From contig JBIQNJ010000004.1 of assembly GCA_044462445.1 (NCBI GenBank), positions 6,500-70,499 of the forward strand: a DNA stretch of 64,000 bases, given 5' to 3'. How positions within the stretch are numbered: position 1 is the first letter of the stretch; the number at the start of each line of letters is the position of its first letter. The position numbers were made by a program, and so were the translations under genes. The notes beneath the pieces are model-generated. The model had not been told where the DNA came from. It saw only the letters and a list, made by a program, of their open reading frames with translations, and did not search any database. Positions 49,544 to 58,180 of this stretch are shown here, piece after piece. The DNA comes from Truepera radiovictrix. GTDB lineage: Bacteria > Deinococcota > Deinococci > Deinococcales > Trueperaceae.

Positions 49544-50683
49544 ATGGCTTTCGACTCCCTCCGCGACAAGCGCCGCCGACCCCTGCTGTTCATCGGGATG
49601 GCGGCCTTCTTCCTGCTGGGGGCCCAGCAGGCGCTCTACGGGCCCTCGTTCCCGCAGTTCCGGGCGAAGTTCGCACTCGACGTCGAGCAGGTGAGCGCGG
49701 TGGTGAGTGCGCAGTTCCTGGGCGCGTTCCTGGCCATCGCCGCCTCGGCGTTCCTGCTGCGCCTGTTCGGCTACCGGCGCACGCTGGTGGGCGGCGCGGC
49801 CGGTGTGGTGGCGGGCCTGGCGGGCATCGCCCTGGCCGGCGCCTGGTGGCAGGTCGTGGCGTCGGCCTTGGTGGCGGGCCTGGGCTTCGGCCTTCTCAAC
49901 GTGTCGTTCAACCTCATCCTGGCGCTGACGTTCAGACCCAACGCCGCCCCCGCTCTCAACATCCTCAACGCCGTGTTCGGCGTAGGAGCCGTGGCAGGGC
50001 CGCTGCTGGTGGCGGGCTTCGAGCCGCGACTCGGCGTGCCGTTCGGCATCATGGCCGGCGTGGCCCTGGTGCTGCTCGTGTGGGTCACGAGGCTCGAGGC
50101 CCCTGAGCCGGCCGTCGCCCAGACCGGGCGCGCCCCGTTCGCCTGGGGCCTCGTGGCGTTGTTCGTGCTGCTCTACTTCTTCTACGTCTCCACCGAGGCG
50201 GGGGTGGCCTCCTGGCAGACGGAGCATCTGACCCCGACCCTGGGCGCCACCACTGCCGCCGGGCTGACGGCGCTGTTCTGGGGCGCCATCACCGTCGGCC
50301 GGCTCATAGCCGCGCCGCTGTCGGCCTACATCAGGCCGCCGGCCATGGTGCTCGGCTCCGCGGCGCTGACGGTACTGTTCCTCGCGCTGGCCCACCACAC
50401 GCCCGGCGCGCCCGTGTTCTACGCGGCCGTGGGCCTGAGCCTCGCGCCGGTGTTCGGCTCGGCGCTGGCGTGGCTCACGGACCAGTTCCCGGACCGGGCC
50501 GAGCAGGTGACGCCCATCGTCATCGCAGCGGCCAACCTGGGGCCCGTCCTGACGGCACCCCTGATCGGGCTGGTGGTCAGCGGCAACGGCGAGCAGGCCA
50601 TACCCAGCGCTCTGACCGTTCTGGCGGTCCTGCTTCTGGCCGTGGTGGCTACGCTGTTCGTCAGGACGAGGGGGCGCCCTTGA
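49544..50683 (+). CDS. MFS transporter
   Basis: ORF 49493..50683, trimmed to ATG 49544 (MAFDSLRDKRRRPLLFIGMAAFFLLG). About 12 TM helices with a central loop. The sugar/fucose-permease-like subfamily is only a guess. Confidence 0.75.
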   Translation: MAFDSLRDKRRRPLLFIGMAAFFLLGAQQALYGPSFPQFRAKFALDVEQVSAVVSAQFLGAFLAIAASAFLLRLFGYRRTLVGGAAGVVAGLAGIALAGAWWQVVASALVAGLGFGLLNVSFNLILALTFRPNAAPALNILNAVFGVGAVAGPLLVAGFEPRLGVPFGIMAGVALVLLVWVTRLEAPEPAVAQTGRAPFAWGLVALFVLLYFFYVSTEAGVASWQTEHLTPTLGATTAAGLTALFWGAITVGRLIAAPLSAYIRPPAMVLGSAALTVLFLALAHHTPGAPVFYAAVGLSLAPVFGSALAWLTDQFPDRAEQVTPIVIAAANLGPVLTAPLIGLVVSGNGEQAIPSALTVLAVLLLAVVATLFVRTRGRP

Positions 50684-51905
50684 GCTCGAGCCTGAGAAGC
50701 GCGTACAGCACCACCAGCACGGGCCCCACGCTGGTGTAGGCGGCCACCCGCAGTACCCAGGTGCCGCCCAGCGCCGTCGGCCATACGGGGGTCAGGGGCA
50801 GCAGCGCCGCCACCATGAGCGCCACGGCCGCTACGAAGAACGGGGCGCCATGGAACGCCCCCTCGCCCAGCGCCGAGCGCATGCCGTAGATGAGCCCGAA
50901 GCTCACGGCCCCCAGCAGGAACGCGTGGAGGAAGAACACGTGCATGCTCGTATGGTTGAGGAACTCACCGTGCATGGGCGTGGTGGCGCCGAGCTCTACG
51001 AGCCCCTTGACCAGCAGTAGCCCCAGCGTCAGCTGCCTGAGCAGCAGCGTCGCCCCGACGGGGGGCGCCGGCTGCGCCGCAGCGGCCATGACCGGGGCGT
51101 CCTGCACGCGCCACAGCGTCGTCACCAGGGCCAGCCACATGAGCGCCGTGACGGCGCCGGCGGCCGCCTCCAGCGGCGCGCCCCAGCCGTAGCCGGCGGC
51201 GTTCTGGGCCAGCCGGCCCAGCGAGCGCACCACCATCGATGCGCCCAGCAACCACGCCAGGGCGCCGACGGGCGCACGGGCGAGCTGGCGACCGCTGGCG
51301 TGGGCGGCCGCCAGGCCCAGCACCGCCAGGCCGAACCAGCCGTCGGCGAACAGGGTGAGGAACCAGTCGACCAGGGCCAGCATCACGTGCCGCTGGATCT
51401 GACCGGTGGCGCCCAGGTAGGCCAGCGCACCCACGGCCACGGTGCTGACCAGCATGAGCACCACGGCCACGTCGAAGAGGCGCAGGCGCGCACCGCGCTT
51501 GACGCCCCAGGTGGCCCACAGGTAGAGCGCCGCGAACACGTACCACACGAGACCGTTCATGCCCGAGGCGATCATGGAGATGGGCAGCAGCTTGCCCGCG
51601 AACGGGGTGAGGTGATAGCCGCTCTTGAGGAACGGCGCGTAGGTCGTGAGGCCGCCGATGGCTGCCACCAGCGCCGTGGCGGCGAAGCCCCGGGCGCGGA
51701 CGCCGCGCGAGGCGAGGTAGGCGCCGATCATGAGCATGAGAGGCGGCGTGACCCACGAGAAGAACATCAGGTGCGAGTGCGCGTGCCGGATGTTCTCGAG
51801 CACGCCGGCCAGCGGCGTGAACAGCGAGAAGCGGTAGTAGGTGCCCGTAGACGCCGCCAGCGCGAAGCAGGCCAGCGACAAACCCCAGATCCAGCGCCCC
51901 TTCAA
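50661..51905 (-). CDS. Polytopic (about 12 TM) membrane protein of unknown function with His-rich motifs
   Basis: 414 aa, TTG start. IRHAHSHLMFFSWV near TM2 and NHTSMHVFFLHAFLLG near the C-terminal third. I cannot assign a family with confidence (NnrS- or heme-copper-like is only a vague impression). Confidence 0.55.
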   Translation of the reverse strand: MKGRWIWGLSLACFALAASTGTYYRFSLFTPLAGVLENIRHAHSHLMFFSWVTPPLMLMIGAYLASRGVRARGFAATALVAAIGGLTTYAPFLKSGYHLTPFAGKLLPISMIASGMNGLVWYVFAALYLWATWGVKRGARLRLFDVAVVLMLVSTVAVGALAYLGATGQIQRHVMLALVDWFLTLFADGWFGLAVLGLAAAHASGRQLARAPVGALAWLLGASMVVRSLGRLAQNAAGYGWGAPLEAAAGAVTALMWLALVTTLWRVQDAPVMAAAAQPAPPVGATLLLRQLTLGLLLVKGLVELGATTPMHGEFLNHTSMHVFFLHAFLLGAVSFGLIYGMRSALGEGAFHGAPFFVAAVALMVAALLPLTPVWPTALGGTWVLRVAAYTSVGPVLVVLYALLRLELKGAPSS

Positions 51906-51909
51906 GGCG

Positions 51910-52359
51910 TTAGGAGGCGCTTTCCGGCAGGCGCAGTCTCTCCCGCAGGTCGGCGAGGAACACGGCCTCGTCGGCGCTCACGCGCCCGGTGAAGATGTTG
52001 CCGCTGGCGCGCGCCACGTTCCGGGCGAGGTCGTAGAGGAACTGCTTGAACTCGCGGCCCTCGTCGTCGTTCCGGACGATCTGGCCGATCTCTGTAAGGC
52101 GGTCGAGAAGGCGCTCACGCGTCAGCGCCTCTCCGTCGTCACCCGGCGTGTTCTGCTCGTCCTGGTGGCTGAACAGCTGCTGCACCAGCTCGTTGTGCGC
52201 GTAGCGCCGCCGGGCGTCGTAAAGGTAACGCCCGGCGGCCATGATCTCGCGGTAGTAGGCCAGAACGCCAGTACGGTCTGCGGCAACGGTGGCCAGCAGC
52301 ACCTCTGCGGCGGCGTCCATAAGGCGGGTTCGTTCGGCGGAGTCGTAGCTCACGGTCAT
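51910..52359 (-). CDS. Hypothetical cytoplasmic helical protein, possibly TerB-like
   Basis: 149 aa, high GC3. LLATVAADRTGVLAYYRE and ARASGNIFTGRVSADEAVFLADLRERLRL loosely resemble the two halves of TerB-type domains. It lies 4 nt upstream of the 12-TM gene and 24 nt downstream of phnE. Confidence 0.45.
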   Translation of the reverse strand: MTVSYDSAERTRLMDAAAEVLLATVAADRTGVLAYYREIMAAGRYLYDARRRYAHNELVQQLFSHQDEQNTPGDDGEALTRERLLDRLTEIGQIVRNDDEGREFKQFLYDLARNVARASGNIFTGRVSADEAVFLADLRERLRLPESAS

Positions 52360-52383
52360 GACCTCGCCCTGATTGTACGTGCG

Positions 52384-53199
52384 TTACACCAGGCGGCTGC
52401 GCAGGCGTGAACTTATGGCGTCCACGATGATGATGAAACCCACGATGACGAGGAGGAACATCGACACCTCGTCCCAGCGGCGGAACTGCAGACGCTGGAT
52501 GAGGGGCAGGCCGATGCCGCCGGCGCCCACCATGCCGAGCACGGTGGCGGCGCGCAGGTTGATCTCGAAGCGGTAGAGCACGTGCGAGGCGAACTCGGGC
52601 AGCACCTGTGGCACCACGGAGTAGAGGAAGGTGTGCAGCTGGTTACCGCCTGCCGCCCGGATGGCCTCCATGGGCCCCTGGTCTATGCCCTCGACCACGT
52701 CTGAGAACACCTTGCCCAGGTAGCCGATGGAGTGGATGCCCATGGCCATGATGCCGGCGGTGGGGCCGGGGCCGGCGGCGGCCACGAAGATGATGGCCAG
52801 CACGAGCTCGGGGAACGTGCGCACGGCCACGAGTACGGCTTTGCCAGGCAGTGCCCACTTGGTGCCGCCGAGCAGGTTGCCGGAGGCGAAGAACGAGAGC
52901 GGGAAGGCCAGGACAGCACCTAAGGCGGTGCCGAGGACGGCCATGAAGAACGTCTGGACCATCGAGGTCCAGGCCAGCTCGAACACGCCCGTGTTCGGGT
53001 TCACGAGACCGCGCATGAGGGGCGTGAAGTTGCGCTGCAGGCCCGTCATGATGCGCTGCCAGGTGGGCAGGTTCATGGTCACCAGGGCGAGGACGAACAG
53101 CCCGATGAGGACGACGACGCCGGCGATGATCAGCGCACGGTTGCGGCGCACGTGCGCCGGGGCGCGGGGTATCTGGAGAGATGCGTCAGTGCTCTGCAT
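52384..53199 (-). CDS. phnE: Phosphonate ABC transporter permease PhnE (second copy)
   Basis: 271 aa. MVQTFFMAVLGTALGAVLAFPLSFFAS, and an EAA-like loop DQGPMEAIRAAGGNQLHTFLYSVVPQVLP. Confidence 0.85.
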   Translation of the reverse strand: MQSTDASLQIPRAPAHVRRNRALIIAGVVVLIGLFVLALVTMNLPTWQRIMTGLQRNFTPLMRGLVNPNTGVFELAWTSMVQTFFMAVLGTALGAVLAFPLSFFASGNLLGGTKWALPGKAVLVAVRTFPELVLAIIFVAAAGPGPTAGIMAMGIHSIGYLGKVFSDVVEGIDQGPMEAIRAAGGNQLHTFLYSVVPQVLPEFASHVLYRFEINLRAATVLGMVGAGGIGLPLIQRLQFRRWDEVSMFLLVIVGFIIIVDAISSRLRSRLV

Positions 53200-53206
53200 G
53201 GTCGGC

Positions 53207-53995
53207 CTAGATGAGCTTGGAGCGTGCCCACACGCTCAAGCCGTCGATGAGGATGACGACGCCGAACACCACCACGATGATGGCGGCTACGCCGGTGTAG
53301 TCGAAGAAGTTCAGGTAGCGGATGAGCAGCTGCCCGATGCCGCCGGCCCCCACGAGGCCGAGCACCACGGAGGCGCGCACGTTTATCTCGAACACGTAGA
53401 GGATGTAGGAGACCATGGTGGCCGCTACCTGCGGCACCACGGCGAAGATTATGGTGCGGTTGCGGCCGGCGCCGGCGGCGCGCAGCGCCTCGAGCGGGCC
53501 CGGGTCGATGGCCTCGACGGTCTCGGAGCCCAGCTTCGCCAGCACACCGATGCTGAAGAGGGTGAGCGCGACGACGCCGGGTAGGGCGCCCAGGCCGAGC
53601 ACCGCCACCCATAAAGCGGCCCACAGCAGGTCGGGGATGGAGCGCAGGATCGTCAGCAGCGTGCGGAAGATCCACAGCGTGACAGGGTCGGTGCTCGTGT
53701 TGCGCGAGGCGAAGAAGATGAGCGGCACGGCCAGGATGGCGCCGATGACGGTGGCCACGTAGGCTATCTGGATGGTCTGGAGGAGCGGCGACCAGATCTG
53801 GGGCAGCGCGGTCCAGTCGGGCTTGAGGCGACCGAAGAACTTGAAGAAGTCGGTCGCTCCCGTGAACAACGCCTCGAAGTTGAAGCCGGTCTGCCGGAAG
53901 GCGATGACGAACAGTGCCGCTATGACTGCGATGGTCAGCAGCGACTTGATGCGGTTGCCGGCCGGGGGGCGCGGCAATGTGGCCGTCTCAGGCAC
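53207..53995 (-). CDS. phnE: Phosphonate ABC transporter permease PhnE (first copy)
   Basis: 262 aa. LLQTIQIAYVATVIGAILAVPLIFFAS, and IDPGPLEALRAAGAGRNRTIIFAVVPQVAA. Confidence 0.85.
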   Translation of the reverse strand: MPETATLPRPPAGNRIKSLLTIAVIAALFVIAFRQTGFNFEALFTGATDFFKFFGRLKPDWTALPQIWSPLLQTIQIAYVATVIGAILAVPLIFFASRNTSTDPVTLWIFRTLLTILRSIPDLLWAALWVAVLGLGALPGVVALTLFSIGVLAKLGSETVEAIDPGPLEALRAAGAGRNRTIIFAVVPQVAATMVSYILYVFEINVRASVVLGLVGAGGIGQLLIRYLNFFDYTGVAAIIVVVFGVVILIDGLSVWARSKLI

Positions 53996-54770
53996 CTCGC
54001 AGGTCCTTCTGCTCGAGCGGTCGACCGTAGATGTCTTCGAACACGCTGTCGGTGGCCTCGGCGGGCGTGCCGTCGAACACCACCACGCCGTCGCGCATGC
54101 CGACGATGCGGTCGGCGTAGTCGCGCGCCATGTCGATGAAGTGCAGGTTGACGATGGTGGTTATGCCGTCTTCACGCGCGATGCGCTTGAGGTCTTTCAT
54201 GACCGCGTGCGAGGTCGGCGGGTCGAGGCTGGCCACGGGTTCGTCTGCCAACATGACCGAGGGCTTCTGCGCCAGGGCGCGGGCGATGCCCACGCGCTGC
54301 TGCTGACCGCCCGACAGGGCGTCGGCACGCACGAACGCTTTCTCGGGGATGCCGACCCGCCTGAGGCAGTCGTGGGCGTAGGCCACGTCTTCCGTAGGGA
54401 AGGCACCCAGCACACCGCGCCAGGCGGGTAGGTCGCCAAGGCGGCCCGACAACACGTTACGAAGAACGCTGGAGCGCTTCACCAGGTTGAAGGTCTGGAA
54501 GATCATGCCGATGTTAGAGCGCGCGGCGCGCAGCGCCCCGCCGCGTGCGGCGGTGACGTCGACGCCGTCCACCGTTACGGAGCCCTGGGTGGGCACGACG
54601 AGGCTGTTGACAGTGCGGATGAGGGTCGACTTACCAGCGCCCGACAGACCCACCACCACAACGAACTGGCCGCGAGGGATGTCTAACGACACCCCTTTGA
54701 GCGCCTTGAGGCCGGTCTTGTACACGACCTCCACGTCTTTGAACTGAATGTGAGTCACAAGTGAGGACAC
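53988..54770 (-). CDS. phnC: Phosphonate ABC transporter ATP-binding protein PhnC
   Basis: 260 aa. Walker A GLSGAGKSTL, signature LSGGQQQRVGIARAL and Walker B MLADEPVASLD. GTG start with no recognisable SD. Confidence 0.88.
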   Translation of the reverse strand: MSSLVTHIQFKDVEVVYKTGLKALKGVSLDIPRGQFVVVVGLSGAGKSTLIRTVNSLVVPTQGSVTVDGVDVTAARGGALRAARSNIGMIFQTFNLVKRSSVLRNVLSGRLGDLPAWRGVLGAFPTEDVAYAHDCLRRVGIPEKAFVRADALSGGQQQRVGIARALAQKPSVMLADEPVASLDPPTSHAVMKDLKRIAREDGITTIVNLHFIDMARDYADRIVGMRDGVVVFDGTPAEATDSVFEDIYGRPLEQKDLRGA

Positions 54771-54773
54771 GCT

Positions 54774-54854
54774 ACAAGAAAACGGGCGGCGAGGTATAGG
54801 GGTACCCCACCGCCCGTTATCAGGTGGCCGGCCCGCGTAGGCGGGTCGGCCACC
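54774..54854 (-). terminator. Two tandem hairpins between phnD and phnC; the second is followed by a U-tract (partial terminator or mRNA-stabilising element)
   Basis: Minus strand. GGTGGCCGACCCGC-CTAC-GCGGGCCGGCCACC (54854-54823; 13 of 14 bp), then AACGGGCGG-N20-CCGCCCGTT followed by TTCTT (54818-54774). Confidence 0.5.
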
Positions 54855-54864
54855 GCTCTGGCGT

Positions 54865-55749
54865 TCAGCGAGCGAAGGTCTTGGAGACCTCGCGCACGAC
54901 GTCGTACACGGAAGGATCTGTCACGCGGGCGAACTCGGTGACGTTGAAGAGCTGCTGAGTGAGCGCGCGGCCTTCTTCGGTGTTGGCGATGTCGATGAGG
55001 GCCTGGGCGATCTGGTCGGCCAGTTCGGCGTCGAGGCCGGCGCGCACGACGCCACCGTCGTTGGGGATGTCGTCGGAGTAGCCGAGGATGCAGACGACGT
55101 CCTTCACATCAGGGTAGTCGGTCTCGATGGTCTCGCGGCCGTCGGAGCCGGGGGAGCCGCCGAAGGTGACCGAGGCGTCGACGTCGCCGTTATAGACGGC
55201 CAGGGCCGAGGCGTCGTGGGAGCCGGCGAACACGGAGGTCATCTCGGTGTCGGGGTCGATGCCGTAGGTGGTCTTGAGGGTCACGTACGGGAACTGGTAG
55301 CCGGAGGCGGAGCCGGGGTCGACGAAGGCGATGGTCTTGCCGCGCAGGTCTTCGAACGTGGTGATGCCGCTGTCGCAGCGCACGTTGAACTGAGCGCGGT
55401 AGGTGGTGCTGCCCTGCCGCACGGAGGCGACGATGGGCACGGCGCCGTAGGCGTCCATGGCCTGAACGAGGGCGGCGGGGCCGAAGAGGCCGATGTCGAC
55501 GCGGCCGGTGCCGATGGCTTCAACCAGACCGACGAAGTTGGTGGAGACGAAGGTCTCGACCGGGATGAGCAGGCGCTCGGAGAGCATGTCGGCGATGGGG
55601 CCGAGGCTGTCGACGATGGCGTCGGCTTCACGGCTCGGGACCATGCCGAGGACCAGCTTGTCGGGTATGTCACCCTGAGCGAAGGCGTTGCCGCCGAAGA
55701 GGCTGAGGACCAGGATGGCCGCAGCGATGGTCGAGAAGATCTTCTTCAC
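54865..55749 (-). CDS. phnD: Phosphonate/phosphite ABC transporter substrate-binding protein PhnD
   Basis: ORF 54865..55848, trimmed to GTG 55749 (GGAGG 7 nt upstream). Signal peptide VKKIFSTIAAAILVLSLFGGNAFAQ, then LVLGMVPSREAD, FVDPGSASGYQFP. Confidence 0.85.
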   Translation of the reverse strand: MKKIFSTIAAAILVLSLFGGNAFAQGDIPDKLVLGMVPSREADAIVDSLGPIADMLSERLLIPVETFVSTNFVGLVEAIGTGRVDIGLFGPAALVQAMDAYGAVPIVASVRQGSTTYRAQFNVRCDSGITTFEDLRGKTIAFVDPGSASGYQFPYVTLKTTYGIDPDTEMTSVFAGSHDASALAVYNGDVDASVTFGGSPGSDGRETIETDYPDVKDVVCILGYSDDIPNDGGVVRAGLDAELADQIAQALIDIANTEEGRALTQQLFNVTEFARVTDPSVYDVVREVSKTFAR

Positions 55750-55902
55750 AGAGGTTCCTCCAACGCGTTTGGTGCTCACAGAGCCGGCTTTAAGAGATTG
55801 TCCGTCCCTGGTGCGGACACAAGAGTAGCACGGAGAGAAAGAGTTCACACTTCAGCTAGCGCTTAGGTTCTATGGGGCCGTAAGAGGCTGCCTGAGCCGT
55901 GC

Positions 55903-56937
55903 TTAGCGGCCGCCGGTGTCGGCCAGCAACGTGCCGGGCACGCGTCCGAAGATGTGCTCGTAGGCGTACAGGCCGGGCGCGCCGCCGGTGTGGAGGAAGA
56001 CCACGTTGCTGCTGCGGTCGAAACGCCCCTGCCTTACCAGGCCGATGAGGCCGGCGGCCGCCTTGCCCGTGTAGACGGGGTCGAGGAGGATGGCCTCGAG
56101 CCGCGCGAACAGCTCCACCGCCTCTATCATCGAGTCGGTGGGGTAGGAGTAACCCTCGCCGACGTAGCCGTCCTCGACGCTTATGTGGGCCGCGGTCACC
56201 TCCTGCCTGGAGCCGATGGCCGCCGCGGTCTCCCGGGCGTGCGCCAGGATCTTGGCTTCCTGCGCGGCCTTGTCTGCGCGCACGCTGATGCCGGTGACGG
56301 GCAGGCCCGCGTTCATGGCCACCAGGCCGGCGACCACGCCGGAGTGCGTGCCGCCGCTGCCGCTCGCTACCACCATGTCGTCGAACGCCACGCCCTGATC
56401 GAACGCCTGCTGCAGCAGCTCCTGAGCACAGGCCACGTAGCCGAGCGAACCGAGCGTGTTGGAGCCCCCGCCGGGGATCACGTAGGCCGTGCGCCCCTCG
56501 GCCTCGAGCTCGGCAGCCATGCGGGCGAGCTCCTGGTTGAGGTCGGTACCGGCGGGAACCACCTCTATCTTCTCCGCGCCCAGCAGGCCGAAGAGGAAGT
56601 TGTTGCCGCTGGCGGCCGGGTCGTAACTGTTGGGCACGCGCTCCTCGATGAGCAGGCGGCACGCCAACCCCTCCTTGGCGGCCGCGGCGACCGTGAGGCG
56701 GCAGTGGTTCGACTGCACCGCGCCCACGGTGACGAGCGTGTCGGCGCCCTTGGCGAGCGCGTCTGCCACGAGGAACTCGAGCTTGCGGGTCTTGTTGCCG
56801 CCGCCGGCGAGGCCCGTGAGGTCATCGCGCTTGACCCAGATGGCGGGACCACCCAGGTACTCGCTCAGGCGCGGCAGGTGCTCGAGGGGGGTGAAGCCGG
56901 GGGTGTAGCGGCGGCGGGGAAAGCGGCTTAACTGCAT
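55903..56937 (-). CDS. D-cysteine desulfhydrase / ACC deaminase-family PLP enzyme
   Basis: ORF 55903..57015, trimmed to ATG 56937 (GGAGG upstream; MQLSRFPRRRYTPGFTPLEHL). PLP-lysine context KRDDLTGLAGGGNKTRKLEFL and GAVQSNHCR. Confidence 0.85.
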   Translation of the reverse strand: MQLSRFPRRRYTPGFTPLEHLPRLSEYLGGPAIWVKRDDLTGLAGGGNKTRKLEFLVADALAKGADTLVTVGAVQSNHCRLTVAAAAKEGLACRLLIEERVPNSYDPAASGNNFLFGLLGAEKIEVVPAGTDLNQELARMAAELEAEGRTAYVIPGGGSNTLGSLGYVACAQELLQQAFDQGVAFDDMVVASGSGGTHSGVVAGLVAMNAGLPVTGISVRADKAAQEAKILAHARETAAAIGSRQEVTAAHISVEDGYVGEGYSYPTDSMIEAVELFARLEAILLDPVYTGKAAAGLIGLVRQGRFDRSSNVVFLHTGGAPGLYAYEHIFGRVPGTLLADTGGR

Positions 56938-57037
56938 GAGGCCTCCGGGCACGACGCTCCTTGGTGCCGGGAGATGCCCTCGGCCCGAAGCGTCATGGGT
57001 AGCTGGGCGCATCATAAGGCCGTGTATGCTCTAGGCC

Positions 57038-58075
57038 ATGAAGACCGCGTACGCCACGCATAGTGCGCCCGCCGAAGCCGGCGAGGGCGCCCGGCCTGTA
57101 GCGCCGGGCGAGGGCCCGTTCGCGCCCATCCCGCGCAACCCCGGCATGCACCTCGAGCTGGACTGGGTAGAGGGCGCCCGGGTGAACTTGAGCGCCGCAG
57201 AGCGCCGGGCCGCCACCCTCACGACCCGCCGCAGCGTCAAGAAGGAGTGGCAGGCGGCCTGGTTGCTCAAGGCCGTCAGCGTCATCGACCTCACCACCCT
57301 GGCCGGTGACGACACGCCCGGCCGCGTGCGCCGCCTGTGCGCCAAGGCGCTCTCGCCCGTGCGGCATGACCTGCTGACCGAACTCGGGGTGGAGGACCTG
57401 GGCCTCACCACCGGTGCGGTGTGCGTTTACCACGACATGATCCCCACCGCGGTGCAGGCGCTGCGCGGCTCGGGGCTGCCGGTGGCTGCCGTGTCCACGG
57501 GCTTCCCCGCGGGCCTGTCGCCGTTCGAGACGCGCGTGGAGGAGATAAGGCGCTCGGTGGCCGAAGGGGCAGGCGAGATAGACATCGTCATCTCGCGCCG
57601 CCACGTGCTGCTGCAGGACTGGCAGGCGCTCTACGACGAGGTGCGCATCTTCCGCGAAGCGTGCGGCGAGGCCCACCTGAAGACCATCCTCGCCACGGGC
57701 GAGCTGGGCACCTTGCGCAACGTGTACCGCGCCAGCATGGTGGCCATGATGGCGGGCGCGGACTTCATCAAGACGTCGACGGGCAAGGAGAGCGTGAACG
57801 CCACCCTGCCCGTGAGCCTGACGATGGTGCGCGCCATCCGCGACTACTACGAGAGGACCGGCTACGCCGTCGGCTTCAAGCCCGCGGGCGGGTTGCGCAC
57901 GGCCAAGGACGCCCTCGCCTGGCTCATCCTCATGAAAGAGGAGCTGGGCCGGCGCTGGCTGGAGCCCGACCTGTTCCGCATAGGCGCCAGCTCGCTGCTG
58001 GCCGATATAGAGCGCCAGCTGGAGCACCACGTCACGGGCCGCTATTCCGCCAACTACAGGCACCCGCTCGCATGA
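57038..58075 (+). CDS. deoC: Deoxyribose-phosphate aldolase (long form)
   Basis: 345 aa. SVIDLTTLAGDDT, IDIVISR and the Schiff-base lysine context FIKTSTGKE. Confidence 0.85.
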   Translation: MKTAYATHSAPAEAGEGARPVAPGEGPFAPIPRNPGMHLELDWVEGARVNLSAAERRAATLTTRRSVKKEWQAAWLLKAVSVIDLTTLAGDDTPGRVRRLCAKALSPVRHDLLTELGVEDLGLTTGAVCVYHDMIPTAVQALRGSGLPVAAVSTGFPAGLSPFETRVEEIRRSVAEGAGEIDIVISRRHVLLQDWQALYDEVRIFREACGEAHLKTILATGELGTLRNVYRASMVAMMAGADFIKTSTGKESVNATLPVSLTMVRAIRDYYERTGYAVGFKPAGGLRTAKDALAWLILMKEELGRRWLEPDLFRIGASSLLADIERQLEHHVTGRYSANYRHPLA

Positions 58076-58180
58076 CAGGGCCAGGAAGTGTGCAACCCGG
58101 CGGTGCAGAGACGCCGACTGTGCCTTTGGCCGCGGCCTGCGGCGCGACCGCCACGGCCGCCGACGGAACGGCCCAGCGCC

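Noticed and set aside
49475-50398. N-terminal 300-residue extension of the alaS ORF (track ORF 46781..50398, 1205 aa).
   Set aside because: The extension is Arg/Gly/His-rich nonsense that overlaps the MFS gene on the other strand. Canonical AlaRS N-terminal sequence begins just downstream of 49489/49474.
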